From a virus, in the IMG/VR virus record IMGVR_UViG_3300032224_001146, positions 1 to 64,000 of that record: a stretch of DNA of 64,000 nucleotides, one strand, 5' to 3'. Positions within the stretch are counted from its first letter, which is position 1. Every line of letters starts with the position of its first letter. A model generated the notes under the pieces. That model was given only the letters and a program-made list of their open reading frames with translations. It had not been told where the DNA came from and did not search any database. Positions 1-4,928 of the stretch are shown here, one piece after another. The translations under genes and the position numbers were made by a program.

Positions 1-6
1 ATAATT

Positions 7-288
7 TTATTCCTCATAGTATTCGTCATCTTGACACCATGCTTCTAAGTGGTGACTTTCAATAATTGCCCATGCAGGAGCATAAGTTTCACCACGCCAA
101 CTTACGCCTTCAGGTAATTCAATTTTGCGTTCTTGACTATCTTCCCAGTATGCATCAATAGCATCAATACATGGTTGCACCATTGAAAGTGGAACGGGTG
201 GATAATGATTAGAACGCAATTGTATTGCAATTGAACTTTCTAAATCTAAATTCATTGTAGCAAGATCAGTGGAGAGATTATTACCCAT
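7..288 (-). CDS. hypothetical early-region phage protein (93 aa)
   Basis: ORF track; AGGT RBS; tightly packed with neighbours. Confidence 0.75.
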   Translation of the reverse strand: MGNNLSTDLATMNLDLESSIAIQLRSNHYPPVPLSMVQPCIDAIDAYWEDSQERKIELPEGVSWRGETYAPAWAIIESHHLEAWCQDDEYYEE

Positions 289-290
289 TA

Positions 291-476
291 TTATTTACCT
301 ACCTTTGTGTTGTAATTAATTGCGTCATAGAATCGGGTGACATCGAAGTTAGAATTATCTTTGCCAAACATTACTGCAAACTCTCTCGCTAAGTATCCAT
401 ACACTGCGGGGTGAGTTTTATCCTGCACACTAGCAAGAATTTCAGCGGTTGAAATATAATCTTTACGGCTCATCAT
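291..476 (-). CDS. small phage protein, paralog of 2438..2617
   Basis: MMSRKDYISTAEIL...EFAVMFGKDNSNFDVTRF aligns by eye with MMTRKDYVNTAEIL...EFASMFSADNERFDFEKF. Confidence 0.8.
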   Translation of the reverse strand: MMSRKDYISTAEILASVQDKTHPAVYGYLAREFAVMFGKDNSNFDVTRFYDAINYNTKVGK

Positions 477-688
477 TTTTCTACAACCTTTCTTCCTTCA
501 CGATAAAATATTTTGGTATAGCATTTACCTGACGGCGTGTAGAGATTAACAGTAGAATATTTATCTGCGAATCCCCAGTCAATAAACTTTGCAAACTCTT
601 TATGAGCCTGCAATTCATCTGAGTATTGGAAAGAATAATCAGGGGTTTTATTCTCATCATAGGTTACAGTAATTTTATAGTTAGTCAT
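473..688 (-). CDS. hypothetical protein (71 aa)
   Basis: ORF track; overlapping start/stop with neighbours. Confidence 0.7.
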   Translation of the reverse strand: MTNYKITVTYDENKTPDYSFQYSDELQAHKEFAKFIDWGFADKYSTVNLYTPSGKCYTKIFYREGRKVVEK

Positions 689-905
689 TATCTACACCTA
701 CCCACATTGTTGCCCAAAAATCTGAACCCCAAGTAGAAATTTTTTCAGGGTTGTAAGTAGGGCGAACCTTTATTTTATAGCAGAAAGAATTATCTTCATC
801 TAACTGAGAATAACGCTCTGCGTATTGGATAATTCCATCACGATTTTTTCTAGCGAGGGAACGGCTACGATAGTATTTGCCTTCTAAGGCTTGTGAGATT
901 AGCAT
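681..905 (-). CDS. hypothetical protein, likely distant paralog of 1606..1806
   Basis: shared pattern L-x-GK-x-Y-x-S...G-x-II-x-AE...Y-x-[IV]-x-[IV]-x-P; GAAGG RBS. Confidence 0.7.
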   Translation of the reverse strand: MLISQALEGKYYRSRSLARKNRDGIIQYAERYSQLDEDNSFCYKIKVRPTYNPEKISTWGSDFWATMWVGVDND

Positions 906-1027
906 TATTTGCTACCTTCTTTCTTTGTTGTGTTATTGGACATTGTAGCAGATAGGACTGACATCGCCTTTTCTGCATTAGCCTTGCGTGTCGCAAGGAC
1001 TAGGGCTTTATACTCATCTAATTTCAT
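905..1027 (-). CDS. microprotein MKLDEYKALVLATRKANAEKAMSVLSATMSNNTTKKEGSK (40 aa), contains an internal promoter
   Basis: translated by hand; AGAAAGG RBS; TAATG coupling to next gene. Confidence 0.6.
   Translation of the reverse strand: MKLDEYKALVLATRKANAEKAMSVLSATMSNNTTKKEGSK
942..964 (-). promoter_or_regulatory. PafBC/RecA-NDp-type promoter 1
   Basis: minus strand ATGTCAG-TCCTATCTGC-TACAAT. Confidence 0.7.
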
Positions 1028-1042
1028 TATTAGACCTTTCTA

Positions 1043-1198
1043 CTAGAGGCAATTTATGCAATTGCAAGATTTAGAACGGATAAGGTAACGGAATAACTCT
1101 AAGCGAGTTTCCTTATCTAATCCATAAGAGGATTTTACTCCGCCGTTATGGAAATCATGAACGATAGTAGAGAATAGAGTTTCATTTAGTGTAGTCAT
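1043..1198 (-). CDS. microprotein (51 aa) ending in CxCxxC
   Basis: MTTLNETLFSTIVHDFHNGG...SCNCINCL; AGAAAGGTGG RBS; directly downstream of promoter 2. Confidence 0.65.
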   Translation of the reverse strand: MTTLNETLFSTIVHDFHNGGVKSSYGLDKETRLELFRYLIRSKSCNCINCL

Positions 1199-1250
1199 TT
1201 GAGACCACCTTTCTTTTTAGCGAGAGTTTCTCGCTTTCTTTATACCTGAA

Positions 1251-1273
1251 ATTATAGCAGGGGGGTCTGACAT
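1251..1273 (-). promoter_or_regulatory. PafBC/RecA-NDp-type promoter 2
   Basis: ATGTCAG-ACCCCCCTGC-TATAAT. Confidence 0.75.
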
Positions 1274-1311
1274 CTACTGACCAGTAATGCCTCAAATCGG
1301 ACATTTTGTAT

Positions 1312-1327
1312 TGTGATTAAAATCACA
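1312..1327. promoter_or_regulatory. CRP/GlxR-family binding site
   Basis: perfect TGTGA-TTAAAA-TCACA. Confidence 0.75.
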
Positions 1328-1353
1328 CGACCAATTCACGCTCAAAAATCCCA

Positions 1354-1369
1354 TGTGTTTAACATCACA
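1354..1369. promoter_or_regulatory. CRP/GlxR-family site (1 mismatch)
   Basis: TGTGT-TTAACA-TCACA. Confidence 0.55.
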
Positions 1370-1377
1370 CCCTTAAG

Positions 1378-1436
1378 CGACACGCCCGAGCCCGCTTCTT
1401 TTGCGGGCCAGCTTGATTTTGTCAAGCCGACACGCC
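1378..1436. promoter_or_regulatory. two CGACACGCC (WhiA-type GACAC) boxes flanking a CCCGC-N7-GCGGG dyad and a minus-strand TTGACA
   Basis: CGACACGCC at 1378-1386 and 1428-1436; dyad 1391-1407; tgtcaa 1420-1425. Confidence 0.6.
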
Positions 1437-1437
1437 G

Positions 1438-1602
1438 TTACATTCCTAAAATATATTCCATCGGATCTTCATCGGCGGGAATGCAAGAACAGGTTTCAAC
1501 ATCAAAATTATTATCATTACCAAAGAAAATAAATCCTGCACCATTGCATTCATCACATTCAATTCCAATAACATTTTTTAATTCATCTAAAATGTTTCCC
1601 AT
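1438..1602 (-). CDS. small Zn-binding protein (54 aa, CxxCxG...CxC)
   Basis: MGNILDELKNVIGIECDECNGAGFIFFGNDNNFDVETCSC...; AGGAG RBS. Confidence 0.65.
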   Translation of the reverse strand: MGNILDELKNVIGIECDECNGAGFIFFGNDNNFDVETCSCIPADEDPMEYILGM

Positions 1603-1605
1603 TTT

Positions 1606-1806
1606 TTATTCTCCTGTCTTTACTGCTAAATAGCGGTAAGTATTTTTTCCAAAATTGCGTGGAGAGATTTCCACTAGATAAGTATCTGATTCAGAATACC
1701 AGACATCATTATTTTTTTCGGCTGAAATAATTTCACCCGTTACAGAACCAGAATAATAAGTTTTTCCCACTAGGAGACTTTCTACTGTATAAGTATTAGC
1801 CGACAT
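1606..1806 (-). CDS. hypothetical protein (66 aa)
   Basis: ORF track; AAGGAGG RBS. Confidence 0.75.
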   Translation of the reverse strand: MSANTYTVESLLVGKTYYSGSVTGEIISAEKNNDVWYSESDTYLVEISPRNFGKNTYRYLAVKTGE

Positions 1807-1949
1807 TAGTTAGCCTCCTTAGTAGTAAATAAAGCACCTTCTTGAAATAAACCAATTTCAAGGTCTAGCATTTCATTTGGAGTGGCTTCGGATAAATCTA
1901 CCCAACCAGCACCATTTTCATTCATTCTAAAAATTTCAATGTAACCCAT
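1806..1949 (-). CDS. acidic microprotein (47 aa)
   Basis: MGYIEIFRMNENGAGWVDLSEATPNEMLDLEIGLFQEGALFTTKEAN; GGGAG RBS; TAATG coupling. Confidence 0.65.
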   Translation of the reverse strand: MGYIEIFRMNENGAGWVDLSEATPNEMLDLEIGLFQEGALFTTKEAN

Positions 1950-1954
1950 TATGA

Positions 1955-2164
1955 TTACTCCCAACTTCTAGTAGTAGCAATTACTACACGCTTACTAGGC
2001 ACATAGTTTTCTAATTCAACTAAATTAGTTTCAAGGATAATTCCACCTTTAGCAACTAAGTAGTCAAGATGCGAATTAGCATCTAATTCTGTGTTACAGA
2101 GAACACCTAAGCAAGTTCCGAATTCTTTTTCGGAGTATTGAACTTTATACGATAATTTGAACAT
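1955..2164 (-). CDS. hypothetical protein (69 aa)
   Basis: ORF track; AGAAAGGA RBS downstream of promoter 3. Confidence 0.7.
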   Translation of the reverse strand: MFKLSYKVQYSEKEFGTCLGVLCNTELDANSHLDYLVAKGGIILETNLVELENYVPSKRVVIATTRSWE

Positions 2165-2214
2165 TTAAGTTCCTTTCTAGTTTGAGAACCTTTCTCAACT
2201 TTCTTTATACTAGA

Positions 2215-2237
2215 AGTATAACAGAGACCACTGACAT
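2215..2237 (-). promoter_or_regulatory. PafBC/RecA-NDp-type promoter 3
   Basis: ATGTCAGTG-GTCTCTGT-TATACT (full TGTCRgtg-N8-TAnnnT match). Confidence 0.75.
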
Positions 2238-2253
2238 TTTGACCCGTTTTTCG

Positions 2254-2290
2254 GGCGTGTCGGAAATCTTTTTTTGTGATTTACGCCACA
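2254..2290. promoter_or_regulatory. GACAC box plus CRP-type site upstream of promoter 3
   Basis: GGCGTGTCG 2254-2262; TGTGA-TTTACG-CCACA 2275-2290. Confidence 0.65.
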
Positions 2291-2330
2291 TCCAGGGAAT
2301 TAGATAAATTCGGACATAAGAGACAAATCG

Positions 2331-2377
2331 CCCGCAAAAGATACGGGCAGCATCGCCTTTTGTCAAGGCGACACGCC
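2331..2377 (-). promoter_or_regulatory. sigmaA-type promoter with adjacent GACAC box and a dyad over the -10
   Basis: minus strand GGCGTGTCG-CC-TTGACA-N17-TATCTT; CCCG...CGGG dyad 2331-2347. Confidence 0.55.
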
Positions 2378-2379
2378 GT

Positions 2380-2451
2380 TTATTCTAAAATATCTTTTAA
2401 AAGCTTTTCGATGTCTTCTAAAATTTCTTCTAGATCTTTATCGGTCCCCAT
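2380..2451 (-). CDS. possible 23-aa acidic amphipathic peptide
   Basis: MGTDKDLEEILEDIEKLLKDILE; GAGG upstream; very short. Confidence 0.4.
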   Translation of the reverse strand: MGTDKDLEEILEDIEKLLKDILE

Positions 2452-2617
2452 TTAGGCAGGCCTCTCTAAACTTTTCGAAATCAAATCTTTCGTTATCTGC
2501 AGAGAACATGCTAGCAAATTCATCCACGAGGTCTTCAAATAAAAATTCGTCAGCTATGAGGTCCCTATACGAAGAAAGAATCTCAGCGGTGTTAACGTAG
2601 TCTTTACGTGTCATCAT
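2438..2617 (-). CDS. small phage protein (59 aa), paralog of 291..476
   Basis: hand translation MMTRKDYVNTAEILSSYRDLIADEFLFEDLVDEFASMFSADNERFDFEKFREACLNGDR. Confidence 0.8.
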   Translation of the reverse strand: MMTRKDYVNTAEILSSYRDLIADEFLFEDLVDEFASMFSADNERFDFEKFREACLNGDR

Positions 2618-2727
2618 TAGTTAAGTCCGCCATTCTTTAGGTCTTTTATCATGAGCACTACTAGTGGGACGGTTACCCCTACTAGGGCCAATTGTACTAG
2701 GCTAGTTAGTATACGGTTAACAGTCAT
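2617..2727 (-). CDS. single-TM membrane microprotein (36 aa)
   Basis: MTVNRILTSLVQLALVGVTVPLVVLMIKDLKNGGLN; GGAG RBS; TAATG coupling on both sides. Confidence 0.6.
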   Translation of the reverse strand: MTVNRILTSLVQLALVGVTVPLVVLMIKDLKNGGLN

Positions 2728-2819
2728 TATTCACACTCTCCACAATAACACTTGCCCAATTCTTTATTATTGCATTCCTCTTTAGTTAGGGAAGGCTCCC
2801 ATTTATTCATTGTATCCAT
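2727..2819 (-). CDS. Cys-containing microprotein (30 aa)
   Basis: MDTMNKWEPSLTKEECNNKELGKCYCGECE; fills the gap exactly. Confidence 0.45.
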   Translation of the reverse strand: MDTMNKWEPSLTKEECNNKELGKCYCGECE

Positions 2820-2972
2820 TTACTTACGCTTCTTTCTCTTGCGTAGTACTAATACGGCTACTACTAGGGCGGTTACGATAAATGTACGCCATGGTAGATA
2901 GACATCTCCCATGTATGAGGTAAAGTCCATGCCCCAATTAGTAAACTGTATGTGTAATAGATTAAGTTCCAT
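2820..2972 (-). CDS. membrane microprotein with polybasic C-tail (50 aa)
   Basis: ...PWRTFIVTALVVAVLVLRKRKKRK; AGGA RBS. Confidence 0.6.
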   Translation of the reverse strand: MELNLLHIQFTNWGMDFTSYMGDVYLPWRTFIVTALVVAVLVLRKRKKRK

Positions 2973-2992
2973 TTTATTTATTTCCTATTCTT

Positions 2993-3202
2993 TTAGTTGT
3001 TAAACATTGCTAGTAGTTCATCCACTTGCTTATCGCTTAAGTGGTCTATTTGTATTGCGTTAGCAAAACCGAAGATGTCCTCTTCTGTAGGGTCTACCTC
3101 TACCTCTTCATCTAGGTAGATGTATGCGTCAGCGATGTCTGACTGTATAGTCTCCCACTTATTAGCAGGGCGGTTATTGAAAGAGTTGTATGTGTATGAC
3201 AT
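2993..3202 (-). CDS. acidic hypothetical protein (69 aa)
   Basis: ORF track; AAAGGA RBS. Confidence 0.7.
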   Translation of the reverse strand: MSYTYNSFNNRPANKWETIQSDIADAYIYLDEEVEVDPTEEDIFGFANAIQIDHLSDKQVDELLAMFNN

Positions 3203-3242
3203 TGAATTAATTTCCTTTTCTTTTAGTTAATTGTTGAGAGTT

Positions 3243-3283
3243 TTATTTGCTAGGCTCACCTTTCGGATTATTTGCTAGGCTCA
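3243..3283. repeat. 16-bp tandem direct repeat (TTATTTGCTAGGCTCA x2) in the 5' leader of 2993..3202
   Basis: exact copies 3243-3258 and 3268-3283 separated by CCTTTCGGA. Confidence 0.85.
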
Positions 3284-3317
3284 AACTCTTTTATTCTTAT
3301 TTAATTGTTATAGTAGA

Positions 3318-3340
3318 ATACTACCATAGGGGTCTGACAT
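3318..3340 (-). promoter_or_regulatory. PafBC/RecA-NDp-type promoter 4
   Basis: ATGTCAG-ACCCCTATGG-TAGTAT. Confidence 0.7.
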
Positions 3341-3367
3341 TTACCCCCATTTTAGGGGGTGTGTTTA

Positions 3368-3383
3368 TGTGATTTATCTCACA
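3368..3383. promoter_or_regulatory. CRP/GlxR-family binding site
   Basis: perfect TGTGA-TTTATC-TCACA. Confidence 0.75.
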
Positions 3384-3577
3384 CGATTAGCGAAGACCCA
3401 CTTACTCTCATTAGGAGAGAGGTAGCGGTGAGAGACAAGACCCTCTGAGGCTACCATAGCAACATACGCCATACGGCTAATGTAGTTACCATTAGCAAGG
3501 CGGAACACATTATTATCCTTAGTGTTAGAGGATGACATAGAGTGATTTGGCTCTACTACTACTGTTAGTGAATTCAT
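3374..3577 (-). CDS. hypothetical protein (67 aa), first gene of the leftward array
   Basis: ORF track; AGAAAGGA RBS. Confidence 0.7.
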   Translation of the reverse strand: MNSLTVVVEPNHSMSSSNTKDNNVFRLANGNYISRMAYVAMVASEGLVSHRYLSPNESKWVFANRVR

Positions 3578-3624
3578 TGTGAATTCCTTTCTTTATTGAC
3601 ACCTTGTCAATTTCTTATAGTGTA

Positions 3625-3647
3625 ACTATAACACACCCCACTGACAT
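3625..3647 (-). promoter_or_regulatory. PafBC/RecA-NDp-type promoter 5
   Basis: ATGTCAGTG-GGGTGTGT-TATAGT (full TGTCRgtg-N8-TAnnnT match). Confidence 0.75.
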
Positions 3648-3663
3648 TTTCAAGTTGAAACAC

Positions 3664-3690
3664 GGCGTGTCGCATGTGATTTACGCCACA
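3664..3690. promoter_or_regulatory. GACAC box plus CRP-type site upstream of promoter 5
   Basis: GGCGTGTCG 3664-3672; TGTGATTTACGCCACA 3675-3690, identical to 2275-2290. Confidence 0.65.
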
Positions 3691-3714
3691 TTTATTTATG
3701 GTCGCACTATCTAT

Positions 3715-3735
3715 TTATCCACAGCCTGTGGATAT
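3715..3735. promoter_or_regulatory. inverted pair of DnaA boxes
   Basis: TTATCCACA-GCC-TGTGGATAT (one perfect, one 1-mismatch), followed by an AT-rich tract. Confidence 0.55.
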
Positions 3736-3822
3736 CTCGTATCATGCATCATAAAAATATATTAACATTTTGTGAAATCTGAATTCCTAGTCAACCAGAA
3801 CATAATATGATATTATATACAC

Positions 3823-3933
3823 ATGCCATCACACAGAATAGTAAAATGCGAAGTATGTGGGCGGGAACTAGAAGTAAGATCTGGTTTTGCTCATAAGACA
3901 CTATACAATCATATGAAAGAACATAAGTTATAA
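3823..3933 (+). CDS. C2H2-type zinc-finger microprotein (36 aa), leaderless
   Basis: MPSHRIVKCEVCGRELEVRSGFAHKTLYNHMKEHKL; TG-A-TATTAT 6 nt upstream of ATG. Confidence 0.65.
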   Translation: MPSHRIVKCEVCGRELEVRSGFAHKTLYNHMKEHKL

Positions 3934-3940
3934 TTAAGCT

Positions 3941-4018
3941 ATGAATCTATTACAAGCTGCAATCATCTTTGGTCCTATGATCATATTAACTATTATATGG
4001 TGGGACGATATTAAGTGA
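3941..4018 (+). CDS. single-TM microprotein (25 aa), leaderless
   Basis: MNLLQAAIIFGPMIILTIIWWDDIK; TATAAT 6 nt upstream; GTGA overlap with next gene. Confidence 0.5.
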   Translation: MNLLQAAIIFGPMIILTIIWWDDIK

Positions 4019-4308
4019 TTAATGACAAATTCATTACTGAATTTGCTACAGCATTAAAATCAGCTAAATATGAACACAAGAGCTATTACCTATCTGATGA
4101 GAACCTTGCTGAAGCAATGCTAGAGCACACTGTAAAATTGCTAGAAGGCTATCTGAGACGTTGTGAGAATGTCTCTGAGGGTAACTGTACAATCTGGTGG
4201 AAACATGAAGAATGCTTGACCCTACAGGGTATTCTTTTTGATATGACAGGAAATGAAAAGTATATGCGGGGATCCATGCATCAAGAAAGAATGTGGATAA
4301 GAAGATAA
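4015..4308 (+). CDS. hypothetical protein (97 aa)
   Basis: ORF track; C..C..H..C motif. Confidence 0.6.
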   Translation: MINDKFITEFATALKSAKYEHKSYYLSDENLAEAMLEHTVKLLEGYLRRCENVSEGNCTIWWKHEECLTLQGILFDMTGNEKYMRGSMHQERMWIRR

Positions 4309-4310
4309 TA

Positions 4311-4328
4311 ATTCTAGTCAACTAGAAT
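4311..4328. promoter_or_regulatory. palindromic operator-like site (best copy of a repeated motif)
   Basis: ATTCTAGT-CA-ACTAGAAT; variants at 3787, 4445, 6470, 7399, 7436. Confidence 0.55.
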
Positions 4329-4344
4329 ATTTGTGTAAATAAAC

Positions 4345-4380
4345 GAAAATCCCTTCGGAGGCGGATCCTAGGGGATTTTC
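4345..4380. terminator. probable bidirectional intrinsic terminator at a convergent junction
   Basis: GAAAATCCC...GGGATTTTC stem with T-rich flanks. Confidence 0.6.
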
Positions 4381-4423
4381 TAATGTAAGGGAGAATGGTG
4401 GTTCTCAACCATACACTACTATA

Positions 4424-4452
4424 AGAATAACATAAGTGTAATTTCTAGTCAA
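4424..4452 (-). promoter_or_regulatory. sigmaA-type promoter firing into the 4340-4417 non-coding segment
   Basis: TTGACT-N17 (ending TGT)-TATTCT. Confidence 0.5.
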
Positions 4453-4542
4453 CTATATTACTGGATTGGCTTCAATAAAATCTACACCATCATCAATACT
4501 AGCTGTATGTTCTTTAGAACAATTTCCACACTCTTTGCACAT
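4453..4542 (-). CDS. Cys-rich microprotein (29 aa)
   Basis: MCKECGNCSKEHTASIDDGVDFIEANPVI; abuts the upstream stop. Confidence 0.45.
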   Translation of the reverse strand: MCKECGNCSKEHTASIDDGVDFIEANPVI

Positions 4543-4719
4543 TTACCATTTACCTATAGGACATGATTCATTAAGACTAGTTGCTTTAACTGGTGCATAA
4601 CATCCACACTTATTGCAATATAAATTAGTTAGATCTAAAAATGGGCAGGCAGAACAAAGCTTCACTCTTGTAGCATATAGATCTTTATGAGCTTGATTTA
4701 CAAATACTGGTTGATCCAT
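4543..4719 (-). CDS. small Cys-rich protein (DUF6171-like, RxxxCxxC...CxxCGC...CPxxKW)
   Basis: RVKLCSACPF...CNKCGCYAPVKA...SCPIGKW. Confidence 0.7.
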   Translation of the reverse strand: MDQPVFVNQAHKDLYATRVKLCSACPFLDLTNLYCNKCGCYAPVKATSLNESCPIGKW

Positions 4720-4928
4720 TAAAAATTCCCAATAGGACAATCAAAAGCGGGATCAGAGTAATAACTCTTTGAGTGTATATCTACCATAGTACACTTTAAC
4801 TCAGTATGATCAAACTCTACACAAGATGTACAGATCTCTTGTCTAAATTCAGCAAGTAGATTTCTTTGTAGCTTTGGCTCTAAAGGGGGTAATTCATTAG
4901 GGTTTAATATTGTCATCTTCTGGTGCAT
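4719..4928 (-). CDS. degenerate DUF6171-like Cys protein (start uncertain)
   Basis: RQEICTSC...KC...DCPIGNF. Confidence 0.55.
   Translation of the reverse strand: MHQKMTILNPNELPPLEPKLQRNLLAEFRQEICTSCVEFDHTELKCTMVDIHSKSYYSDPAFDCPIGNF

Noticed and set aside
1313-1633. 106-aa plus-strand ORF in the track
   Set aside because: Runs across the regulatory block and antisense to a better-supported minus-strand ORF; no RBS.
1298-2317. CGGACAT (ATGTCCG) at 1298 and 2311 as further PafBC-type promoters
   Set aside because: No TAnnnT 10 nt downstream; could be accessory sites but unsupported.
1244-3690. Repeated intergenic motifs as a CRISPR array or attC-like cassettes
   Set aside because: Repeats are short, degenerate, irregularly spaced and explained as promoter or TF sites; no cas or integrase gene in the window.
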